A DNA stretch of 64,000 bases from Pavona decussata (Eukaryota): the NCBI GenBank assembly GCA_977016875.1, contig CDRNST010000067.1:5022001-5086000 (forward strand), written 5' to 3'. The translations under genes were made by a program, and so were the position numbers. The notes below the pieces were generated by a model. It did no database searches. It was not told the DNA's origin and saw only the letters and a program-made list of their open reading frames with translations. Positions 1 to 12,700 of the stretch are shown in pieces (the first letter of the stretch is position 1; the number at the start of each line of letters is the position of its first letter).

Positions 1-782
1 CCATCCATGATTATGCCATCTAATTGCTAAGCTCAAATTCATTGAACATAAATTATTGCATAATATTTTATAGCTAGAAGAAAGAGTATACTTACTTTTC
101 ATCAACAAAAGTGGCAAATTCTAAAAGCGATTCTTGTTTAAGCTCTTGCACACCAGTATTGACATATAACCTTTGTTTCCTCAAATTTGATTCTTTAGTT
201 AATTTAATCTAAACCTGAATTTTTTACCTTAATTTAGTATATCTTTTTGGATGCACTATGTAATGTAACTGTAACTTACTACAAATTTGTGTGTTGTAAT
301 AGTTTATAATTATACTGTGTAACAAGCATACATATGTAAATAAATTAACTAAAAAAAATCTCATATCCAACGCGAGCTTGTGGAATAATTGTTAAATATA
401 TCATGTGCTAAGCAATACTCTTTTCCAATCCAGGACATGTTGACTAGCATTTAGCTTGTACTGCTGGGGAGATATGTGAGGGTTAATTTTTGCCCCACAA
501 TCTGAAGTCATGCAGACTTAGCCAGTGAGAAGACAGTTGTTCCTCATCTACCATCACCTAGAGTAGTTATCTTGAGTAGCATGCATGTCAGAACTTCCCT
601 GCACACCAAAGTTGCATGACAAGATTGGAAATTTTACATTAAGAATTATAAAGTTATAATTTGATAGTGAAAAACAATAAGAGGATTTGTCATCATTTTA
701 TAGCATTTTTGTTATTAATAGTAGATTTGAAGGAGACCACTTCTACTGTCCAGTAATTTATATTAATGTTGTTATTTTACAG

Positions 783-3700
783 ATGTAACCTATCTTCTGA
801 AGTTGTGACTAAATGGTACAAGAACAGAGCATGTGAGATAGAAGCTCTCTCCAAACAGGTACATTGTTATTGCTACAACTTTGACATTTAAAGTACATAT
901 CATTGGTAGTCTCCCAGAAGCTGATGAAGACAATGTGTTGTGCAGTTGTCAGTCATCGATGAGTCCACAAATGGCTCAAAAACACAAAGTTTGAAGTACA
1001 GAGGTGGTTGCAGGTGGGGTGGGTGCTGAGGCAGCTCGTTGTAGGCAATCACATGCAGCCGCGAGGCACTGTTATTGTTCCTCCTGAAAGTTCACGGTTG
1101 CTTCTTTCACTGGGGATTCCAGTTGGTCCTGTCAGATGCAACAGACTTGATTTTGTTGGAAGAAGTTCTGCCCATGCACAATTATCAATAAATTTAAGTC
1201 CGGAAATTGTCTGTCTGAAATTTTGGGGGTTTAGTGTATATTATAAGCTTTTCTTTTGGTCAAATTGCCAGGAGAGTTAAAGAATTTCCAACAAAGCAAT
1301 AAAAACAGTAGGTGACCAACTTTGTCTGCAAAGGTCTTGTTTTTCTTGACTTGAGTGATGTTTTTGTAAACAGGTAGGAAATTCCCTGGAACTCATAAAG
1401 CTAGGAATGGAGAGAGGAATCAAGGTAAAATCAGCCTCAAAATATGGCATTTATTAGTTTAGTTTTGTTTCAGAACTTGTGAAATGTTTTACCCAGGTCT
1501 TAATTTTCACTGATTTGCTTCTTGCTTTTTTATTCAGGGGTTAGAAGAGCTTCATGATGACCTTGTTATCCTAGAAGTGTTGGTTTATGAGGTTGGTATT
1601 TTATTGTGATTGCATTTTTTTTTTTTTTTTTCATTAATGCCATTTAATGCCACCATCACCAGGTTAGAGTGTTCAACCCAGTAAAATTGTAGGTTGGACT
1701 TCATTTAATAATTTCATAGTTTTTAGGTTGATTACATTCTGTTGTTTGATTATTCCAGAGTTGCTCAGATGTACATCTAAGCCTAGAGTGTTTTCGGAGA
1801 ATGACTGATCTGGATAAACTAAGGATGTTACTAAAAAAGGTACACTTGAGTTCATATACATGCATAGTGTTAGCCCCTAGCTTCTTAAAATCATTATTCA
1901 GGTATTTGAATAAATAAAATAAATGTTTGTTTTTTTTTTTTTTTTTTCATTTATATGACTAATATAGGAAGCTTAAAAGTTAGTGATAATTAATTTATTG
2001 TACTGTGGAATCCTGATGTATTCCCCCCATGTCTACAAGTATTAATGGTTACCTACACTGTACATCCAATTAACATGTACCTGTCTTAATACTGGAAGTT
2101 GAACAAGAGAAAATACAATTTAAACTTGTGCAGATAAAGTTGATCAGTGTTATGTGCTGTGTGTTTAGCTTTCACCACTTGTGACAGACTTAGCTTCAAA
2201 TTGTGTAAGAAAAGTATTCTTTTTTCCAATAAGCTGTTGGAACTAACACATACTCAGTGATTTTATTCATTGGTGAGATAAGTGCATTGTTGTTATCTAT
2301 CACTGAGTTCTTGTGTTTAACTCATTGGTTGGTTAAACATTTGAACCCTGTTGTAGATCATGATACCTGGAATTAACCACCAGACTGTGTTTGAATCTAT
2401 TCAGTCATTACTCATAGACAAAGTTATTGTTTTTCATTTTCTTTATACAGTGGATATGGCCATTGATAGCTTTGTACTTACCTTTAATAATTATAAAAGA
2501 GCTGGCCAGAAAAATTATTTAAGTTTAAAACTTTCAAATGCCATTCGTTTTGAAAGTGGTAGGGTGCAATGCGTAGCCTACTACATCTAAAATATACGTA
2601 ACAAGGTAAAAATAAATTATTATTATCATTATCATCATCATCATCATTATTATTATTATTGTTGTTGCTTTTATTACTGTTGGTATGTTAATTTGGATTG
2701 TTTCGTATACTTTGTTTATGCTTAAACAGACAAGAAATTATACAGATTATACTGTCTTGCTTGAGTATCTCAGGTTTTTTGGAAAAATGTAATGAGCTAA
2801 TTCTTCTTCCCTAACTAAGCCTTAATTTCAATTTACCTATAACTAAATACAGAACTGTTTCTTACATGGCACCCAGTCTGTATGCCAAAATAGAGCTGAT
2901 TTGAAGCAATTTGGGTTTCGGTCAAATGCACCTCCATCTCTCAGCCTGTCAGTCATAGACAGTTTTTTCAATGGATGTTGCAAGTGATAACTTTGCAAAG
3001 CACTGTTTTGCCTGTAGATATGAAACATCAATCATTATTAATTATTTTGGTCACTGTTGATAATTTCAATTGGTTGGTGGTTTGTATTCATTTCCATGTT
3101 TATGAGTTGTTTTGAGGTTAGTTTGGTGGTAAGGTAAATGCACTATAAGTTGTTATCTGTCACTGAGTTCTTATGTTTAACTCATTGGTTGGTCAAACAT
3201 TTGAACTCTGTGGTAGATAATGATACCTGCAATAAACCACCTTACAGTGTTTGAACTTTGTCACATTAACAACTGTTAGACTGTCAATCATAGACAAAGT
3301 AGTTCTCTTTAATAGATATGGCAAAGAATGATTTTGTAAACCACTGGTTTCCCTGCATATGTATATAACAAACCATATTATTTGTAGTGGTGCATGTCAT
3401 ACCACAGACACATTCACATTGCATAAAGCCTTTGGTTAGTTTGTGACAACTTTTCACATCCATTTGACAACTTCCCAAGGCCTCAGTTGAAACTGAGGGC
3501 CTATCAGAATGCTCAATTTGTTTGTGAAAGAGAATTTTGTCCATTTCTTTGTTTACTATCTGACATTTTGACAACTTAACTTAACTCAGCTGTTGTATTT
3601 TGAATAACCAGTTGTCACAAACTATCTTTTTATTTATTTGTGTATTTATTTATTTATTTATATATTTAATTATTTATTATTTATTTATTTATTCATTTAT

Positions 3701-6700
3701 TTATTTATGTACAAGACATTCAATTACAGTACATAAAACAGACATTGCTGGGTTAAATGTTAACTTTGAAAAAATAAACAAAAGAGAACTACAGAACATT
3801 AAAAGGAATATACTAAATCATAAATAGATAACTTATATGGTCAACAATACGATCCGATACTTCAATTGACACACCGCTTACGAGGCTTTTCAGTGACAAT
3901 ATGCTATTGTTAAATACAATATATAATTAAAATTTACAAATCAATTGCTAGGATGTTGTTAAGGCCGATCGCTAACTAAATGTAATAAAGAGTGCATCCA
4001 GTCATGCTTTTAAATGTAAAAAGAGTGCCACAAAAATTATAGATGTTTTGTAATGGCCAGCCAATGCAGTTCTTTTAGTGTTGGCATATTATAATCAAAT
4101 TTCTTAATTTGTACCTGTGATGAGTGCACAGCAAAGCTTTGAAGCGATTGCAGTGCACAGATGTTAAAATCACTAATTTAAGGAAGGCTTGACATACAAG
4201 ATGAAGCAGTTTTCACAATAGGGTGGTCAAAAGTAAGGTTCAGGTCCAGAGTGAGCCCAAGGTCCTTAGTTGATAAGGCAGGAGCAAAGTCTTTCTCCAG
4301 TAGAGTTATTTTTAAATCAGGGAGTTGACAGTCAGCTGTCTGCTCCCAAAAACCATGAGTCCTGATTTAGGAGGAGAAGGTTCTCAAAACATATAAGAGT
4401 ATAAGAAGAAGATCACTATTAAGGTCATGCATTGCATTGGCACAATCTCAAAGCTTAAAGAAAATCTGAAGTTAAGTATCATCAACAGAGCATTGAGTTG
4501 AACAGTTCCTTGCAACACATGCTAAGTCCTTAATGTAGACCCTAACAAAAGCAGCCCAAGGACACTGCTTTTTGCAACACCACTGGTTAGCAGCAGTGCA
4601 TACGCACAGATGTGAAATCTTGCTAGAAGGAGAATGTGGTGAACTAGAATACTGTTATATTATAACATTCTGAAAAGATCTAGTTGACCCTCAAAACTGG
4701 TGCAAATACTCAGATATTCTTGTGTTATGTTATTTTCTGTTCTCACATCACAACACAATAACACATTCATGCTCACTGAAACCTCATTGCTCCATGTGCG
4801 ACACCCCCCCCCCCTCCCCCCTAGATAGTGCCTCAACAACTACCAACTATGTTTTCACTCAATATCATACAGCTCCTTTTCTATAATAATTATAGAAAAT
4901 TATTTGTACATGTTTCAATAATTATTGATGCAGGTACAAATTTAACATGACATGGTGGCCTGTGTAGAGTCAACTTCTAACAAATTTTCTCCTTTTCTCC
5001 TTTCCTCAGTGTAAGCAAGTTCAGGTTAAGGGTTCAGGTTAAGGCTCATCTAAGCTGGTGCCATTTAATTATAGATAAATTGTTCTGCTGCCCTTATTAC
5101 ATAAAATAAGCAAGCTTTTTTCTCATCCCTTGCTCTCTCTGCTCCATTTCTGTCACTGTTTTTGAAGATGTCCTGTGCAGTGGTCATGCTGGCACCACTG
5201 TCTCGCTTACTTTTACAGCTGCATAGCATGCACTAGCTTCAGCATCCTGTGGCGAATTTCTCAACCATGAGTGGCTTGTCATTCTCTTTGTCTACTTCCC
5301 CCCCCCCCCCCCCTCAAAGATTCTGACTCTGTATCTGATGATGTTACATTCACAGTGTCCTCCCAATGAACAATCCCTTAGCTTGTCACAAGAACTACAT
5401 ATACTGCATGGTTTGAGAATATACAAGCCAAAGTCAGTAGTAAGGGAGAGGGCTTCACTCTTCATTTCTTGATAGTCACAAAACTTGTAACTTTGGAATT
5501 TGCATCAGTGAAATAACACTGAACCAGACATCAGAAGCTAAGGACATGATTTTGGGTAAAATTGAAGAACAGCTCCCCAGCAAATCTTTTCAATCAACTG
5601 ACGGTAAATTGTCAGCTGACAGATTACCAGCAAAAGAGAGTGAAGTAATTAAATAAACAGACCGAGTGATATTTCTGGTTGATTTATCCAATTGTAATTA
5701 TACTTATGCTTTATTTCCATTAAACAAATTTTGCATTTTGTTCCATCTGCCTAAGTCCTGAAAGTGCTTTTTGTATTTTTACCTGTTTTTTGGAGGACAA
5801 AAGCAGCATTTCATTCACGAGTCTGAATTGCCCTACAATGCATTGCAAAACTCATTAGGTTCGTCATTTATGTCTACCCAATATTTAGCATGACTCACCA
5901 TATGACTGGTTTCATTTGGGGGACTGAGTCCGATGAAATATTAACAAGATGAACGACAGAAAAGAATCTTCGAGATCTTTGAGTGATTGATTTGTTCATT
6001 ATAACTATCTTTATTGAAAACTGGATCATTGTATAATGCAATTCCAGGGATTTGATTGGCTTAGTGGCCATGGTGAATGAGCTATTTATATACCATGCCC
6101 TACAAATATGGTACGTTTTCGCGTCAGCACAACAGCAGAAACTTTGAAACTTTTTTCCTGGAGAGAAACAATGGTGGCTAAGGAAAAATCGTTTGGCGGC
6201 AGAATTAACAGAGGACATAATTATCTATATTGTCTTAATGGCAACATAGCAAAATCCCACCAACAACTTGCCGACTTGTCACCGACAGGTAACTGACATA
6301 TTACTGACAGCTTATCAGCTGCCGGCCAACTGTCAACTGGTACTTTATTTTAGGATAAGCTTAAGCTGTAAGCCATTTGTCAGCCATCAGGTTTATTGGG
6401 GAGCTGCTCTTTTCTGAGTCATAACAGTCAATGACCTCCCCATTTATGGCAAATGTTTTCTTGACAATCATCCAGCAATGCCCCCACTTTAGACAGAAAT
6501 GCCATGCCAACCAGGTATGCCATCATCTTTCACGTTTACATTGTTGATCAAGCAATTAACCACAACCTGAATATGCAACCAATTTAGGGGAACTGTTGCA
6601 ATCTTAGATATTGAGAGTAGTTACATCTCCTGATTTAAGTTTTCCAGACAGGAGAAGTTTGTTGTTGTGTTGCCATAGATAGTAAGCAGCATATAACCNN

Positions 6701-9700
6701 NNNNNNNNNNNNNNNNNNNNNNNNNNNNNNNNNNNNNNNNNNNNNNNNNNNNNNNNNNNNNNNNNNNNNNNNNNNNNNNNNNNNNNNNNNNNNNNNNNNN
6801 NNNNNNNNNNNNNNNNNNNNNNNNNNNNNNNNNNNNNNNNNNNNNNNNNNNNNNNNNNNNNNNNNNNNNNNNNNNNNNNNNNNNNGTTCAGTTTAATGCA
6901 TTTGCCACAACAATTACAATGAACATAAGAGATAATAAAAAAAAATTCACAAAAAATTAAACGTATTAACTTATATAAATCAAAAGTAAGTGGGGGAGGG
7001 GGTGGCAGATGTGGCAGGAGTAGGGAACAGAACTTTCGTCCCAATTGCGACCTAACTCCCTCGAGGTAAGATAATCTAATAATTGCAAACAGTAGAAGGG
7101 TACACAACAGACAGTTAACGAAATGGAGGACTGTAAGTTTCTCGCTTAGACAGATAAAATTGGAGAAGACTAGTTTTAAACATACTTAACAAATTGTTGG
7201 TTGATTTAATCTCCGATGGCAAAAGAGTTTCATAGTTCAGCAGACCTAATAAAATAAAACATTCATTATTATTGTTGATAGATTGATGTGTTCACTTGCA
7301 TATTTTGAGAGGGTATTTGAGCCCAATCTGTTTGTTCTAAATTTACCATGCATGAAAAAGTCATGTAATGTTTAAAAACCAAGCAGGAGTGTTTTATCGG
7401 GTTTAAAACCACAAGGCGCAGCCAAGTGGTTTTAGACCCGATAAAACACGTGCTGTGAGTTTTTTGAACGGCTTCAAAAACATTTCTGGAAAAGTGTGTG
7501 TCAAAAGAGTTCTTAACAATGATGCCTAGCATACAAGAAAAACGTTAAACACTGAATACTAATAAGGGGGAGGTTTTATCAGGTCTCCCCAAAAGTAAGT
7601 GGGGGAGGGGGTGGCAGATGTGGCAGGAGTAGGGAACAGAACTTTCGTCCCAATTGCGACCTAACTCCCTCGAGGTAAGATAATCTAATAATTGCAAACA
7701 GTAGAAGGGTACACAACAGACAGTTAACGAAATGGAGGACTGTAAGTTTCTCGCTTAGACAGATAAAATTGGAGAAGACTAGTTTTAAACATACTTAACA
7801 AATTGTTGGTTGATTTAATCTCCGATGGCAAAAGAGTTTCATAGTTCAGCAGACCTAATAAAATAAAACATTCATTATTATTGTTGATAGATTGATGTGT
7901 TCACTTGCATATTTTGAGAGGGTATTTGAGCCCAATCTGTTTGTTCTAAATTTACCATGCATGAAAAAGTCATGTAATGTTTAAAAACCAAGCAGGAGTG
8001 TTTTATCGGGTTTAAAACCACAAGGCGCAGCCAAGTGGTTTTAGACCCGATAAAACACGTGCTGTGAGTTTTTTGAACGGCTTCAAAAACATTTCTGGAA
8101 AAGTGTGTGTCAAAAGAGTTCTTAACAATGATGCCTAGCATACAAGAAAAACGTTAAACACTGAATACTAATAAGGGGGAGGTTTTATCAGGTCTCCCCA
8201 AAAGTAAGTGGGGGAGGGGGTGGCAGATGTGGCAGGAGTAGGGAACAGAACTTTCGTCCCAATTGCGACCTAACTCCCTCGAGGTAAGATAATCTAATAA
8301 TTGCAAACAGTAGAAGGGTACGCAACAGACAGTTAACGAAATGGAGGACTGTAAGTTTCTCGCTTAGACAGATAAAATTGGAGAAGACTAGTTTTAAACA
8401 TACTTAACAAATTGTTGGTTGATTTAATCTCCGATGGCAAAAGAGTTTCATAGTTCAGCAGACCTAATAAAATAAAACATTCATTATTATTGTTGATAGA
8501 TTGATGTGTTCACTTGCATATTTTGAGAGGGTATTTGAGCCCAATCTGTTTGTTCTAAATTTACCATGCATGAAAAAGTCATGTAATGTTTAAAAACCAA
8601 GCAGGAGTGTTTTATCGGGTTTAAAACCACAAGGCGCAGCCAAGTGGTTTTAGACCCGATAAAACACGTGCTGTGAGTTTTTTGAACGGCTTCAAAAACA
8701 TTTCTGGAAAAGTGTGTGTCAAAAGAGTTCTTAACAATGATGCCTAGCATACAAGAAAAACATTAAACACTGAATACTAATAAGGAGGAGGTTTTATCAG
8801 GTCTCCCCCTACTTGGGATCCAGAGTAAATAAACCTTCTTGGGGACTTAAATAGAATTTCTATGGCAGTGAAACTCTAAGTATATTTATTGTATTTCTTT
8901 TCCTAGCAATATGCTGCAGCAGTTAGTAATTGATCTCTTAAATGTATCAGTTGATGCTACTATAGTACTGTTTTTGTTGTCTTGTGCCACAGAGTTCAGA
9001 TTTTCAACCCTATTGACAGGTGAAAATTTGAAACCTGTGGTAGATGGCACCATACTGATCAATGCACCTTAGTTGAATCACACAAGTATGAGTAATTATA
9101 AAACCTGTCCAGTATATGTATGTTTTTTTCCTAGGAGTAGTTAATTGTAAATATTTTTATTCCTACAAATTACCATCTTGATTAGACATGTATGCAAGCA
9201 GGGTGGCAAGTAAAACCTTGTTTTCTGTGAGTTAATGAAAAGGGCTATACCTACACCAATGGAAACCCAAAAATAGCAGTCCAGTTTAGTGCATAGTTAC
9301 TGTACTAGTGTAGTGAAAATATTTCCAAGTGCCCATGGATCACAAGGATGGAGATTCGATTGCAACTTGAACAAATTGGCCAGTTTCTCCAATACAAAAA
9401 AAAATCTATGAAGACTGACTATGGTTTGTTCTCCAGTTGAGAAGACTACCTGATATCTTCCTCTTGGGATTCTAGGAGTATTCTGCAGTTCGTAATAATT
9501 TGTCTCTTAAATATATCAGTTGATGCTACTAGAGTGCTCTTTGTTGCCTTGTGCCACAGGGTTCAGATTTTCAACTCCATTGACAGGTGAAAATTTGAAG
9601 CCTGCTGTAGATGGCATCGTACTGATCAATGCACCTTTGTTGAATCACACAAGTATGAGTAATTATATAACCTTTCCAGCATATGTATGTTTTTTTTTAA

Positions 9701-12700
9701 GTAATTAATTGTCAATACTTTTATTCCTACAAATTAACATCTTGATTAGACATGTATGACATGTCCAATCAGCATGGGTTGTCTTTGTCTCTTCTGTGCA
9801 TTTTTGGTGGAATTTGTGGTAACTGATTTTAGTGAGTTGTAGTTTTGGTGTTGGTTCCCTACAGAAGAAGAAGGAGGAATGCCGGCTGGCCGGGGACTCA
9901 ATAGCCAATAATTGGCTTATTATTGTCCCACAAATCACTTTTACATTACAAAGCAACCTCCTGGATCACAATGAAAGCACCATATCCATAAAGCTTGATG
10001 AATTGCCCTTCACAATCACTCTTCACAGTAACTGCACTACAATCTTACTTTGAGAAAATTCAAAGAATGTTCAGCTGTCATCATTCTTCCTACGCATTCG
10101 GCTTTGTTGGGTGAAGCAGGGCTTTGTTATAATTTTCTATGGATTTCCGAAATAGAATCTTGCCAGTACTTCCAAAACTCACCAAGATACAAGTGATCTT
10201 TCATTTTTTGAAATTGTTTGGAGTGTTCAGAGTTCTTGGCTTTCGAAAAGAAATGTCCTGTCTCTGCCCTATGCAATCATCACTTGACCATGTGACCCTT
10301 GCTTAGTCAATGAGCACCAATTTTGTCAGTCAACCATTGCTTCATGACACCATCCCTCCAAGATGGTACCCACTTGTTCAAAAACGTAAGCCAAAGGAAC
10401 ACAACCGATTTTAACACCCAAACGACTTTGTGCCACCTAAAAGCCACCTAGGCAAGCTTGAAACACCCCCAGATGTTCCTCCATCATATTTATCCCTTCC
10501 AGTCCGCCAACTCAGACCATTTTTAACAATAATTTTATTCAATGTTTATGTAGAAACATCAATGCAGGACAAACAATACGCTTCATGGCAATACTTATCA
10601 AATAGCTAAATAAATAAATGAATAACTAAAGAAATAGATAGATAATACATGTACACAACACACTAAATAATTTTCAACTCATGTGTATCTCGATCTTTTT
10701 TCTAGCCTTTTCTTTTCTCACCAAACCACAAAGTCTTCAATCCTATCAAACATGTCTCCAATCTCGTACCCAGAGTCCTTGGGCTCTTTAGCCAGTGGTT
10801 GGTTGCCAGGAGAGAACAATGCAAGCTGTTGCGGAGCAATCAATCATTTTTTTTTTTTTTTTTCGAAAAACGCTGGCTAAAGAGCCTGAGGACTCTGGCT
10901 ATGAGATTGATATGGCTTTATTATCAATAAAATAAAAATATATCAGATAGTGAGCTTGGGCTGTCTGTGTTTTACCAGGTATTCAGTACAATTATTTCTT
11001 TAACTCAGTCGCACATACGTGGCATGCTAAAAATGCCAATGAATACCACAATGGTTGCAGCGGCCTGTCTAAGTAAAATAAATACAACAATCTAGCAGGT
11101 ATGTTGTTAGGAGTTAGTCACAGAATGATGTGGCTTTGTTTTGCTTGCCTGCCACTGTGTTGCTGTGGTATTGTGTCAGAAGTTGGATAGGGTGATGTTT
11201 TGACCAAGCAAGGGGTAGGTGGCAAAAACAAACACAGTGCCCGTTGTGACCCTCCCCCAACTAACTGATAGGTGGGAGAGAACTACTATGTTGAATACGA
11301 ACTCCATTGCCCTGATCACTGCACTTTAGTTCACTCATTACAAGTAGGAGTATTGAATTTTGTAGGTCTTTCTTGTCAACATTAGAAAGCAAGTAATGTT
11401 AGCCATTCTGTAGTATGTAAGCTCAGAGCTAGCATTTAAGGGCTTGTATTTTCATTTAAGATAAGATAACCTTAATTGTTGCAGGGTGTTCAGTATAGTA
11501 AGTATTACAACAGAGACTGTAAGAAGCAATTAATGGAGCACAACGCCCGATATGCAATAGGTGTTTATGGTCACAACAACACATGTACCTTACGTAACTC
11601 TGTTTAACTCAAAGTAAAATAACTGAGACAACTATTTGGAATAGCATTCATTTTAATCATAATTTTGGGAATATGCACTTTCACTCTACCAAATTTATCC
11701 AAGTTAAATATGATGCACATGTAACTTATAATATTATTCTTGTCTTCTAATTTTAAAGTCCACAGAAGATTCATTCATTGCTGACTTCAAGCGCTGGGTC
11801 CTCCCATTTTTGCAACGACTAGGCAAGCGCAAGAAGAAATCTCAAGTGAACCTAATCCACCAGTATTTAACTGACGTGGCCAAGGTAATATTGGTGATAT
11901 TAAATGTCATATTAGAAGATTTCTGTATTCAACCGTTATGGCAAATGTACGCATCATGGTTCATTTGGATTACTGATACTAGTTTGCTTGCACTGATTTT
12001 ATTTGTGAAAAAGAAAAGAGCTTTTAACTGACAAACATTTTACTTAGCTAGAATACCACCACTGCTATCAAGAAGGATTTATTTGTCTATTTATTTATTT
12101 ATTTGTTTATTTATGTATTTATTAACTTCAACAATCATCTGTTTTCTTTTTTCCTGTAGACTGACCTCACTTATGTGTTGAAAGTATTTCAAAACTCTAC
12201 ACCTGAGGTAAGTACTAAGTTTGGCTCAAAGTCTTGTGAAGACTTTGTGTACTTTATTGTCTTGAAAAGTTTTTAACTGTCCAGTAACGATTTGATGGAA
12301 ACCTTTTCTAAGTAGGCAAGTCAGATTTACAATCTGTTGTGTCTCATGAAATATCTAAAATCCTCCCATTGAAGGTTTTTTCGGTTTAGACCCACCCCAC
12401 CCCTTCTGAAAATTCCAAAGTTTTTTCATACTTTATTGCAAAAATGCGTTTTTAAGTCCCTTCTCCCTCTCAGCTCCATAAGGGGTATACCTATTTTCTG
12501 GAATTTCACAATTGTGCACCTCCAATTTTTGAGCCATAACATGGCACAAGTCTTATCTTGCAAGTTCAATCAACAGTGAGCATTGCAATAGAAAGGAACA
12601 TGCCTGCCATCATACTGCTATGTGTACATTTAGCAACATCTCTTTCAATTTTGGAGGTGAAACACAATATTTTTTAATTACCTACCTAGTAAGGTAATTA

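Noticed and set aside
921-955. Hammerhead-like CTGATGA-AGACAA...TTGTC
   Set aside because: No GAAA box after the stem and no Penelope context.
5010-5024. Candidate NBAS micro-exon CKQVQ after a pyrimidine tract
   Set aside because: Too short and without recognisable homology; cannot be supported without transcripts.
6604-7107. ORFs running through N-gaps (also 27552-27849, 37300-37774)
   Set aside because: Artefacts of translating Ns.
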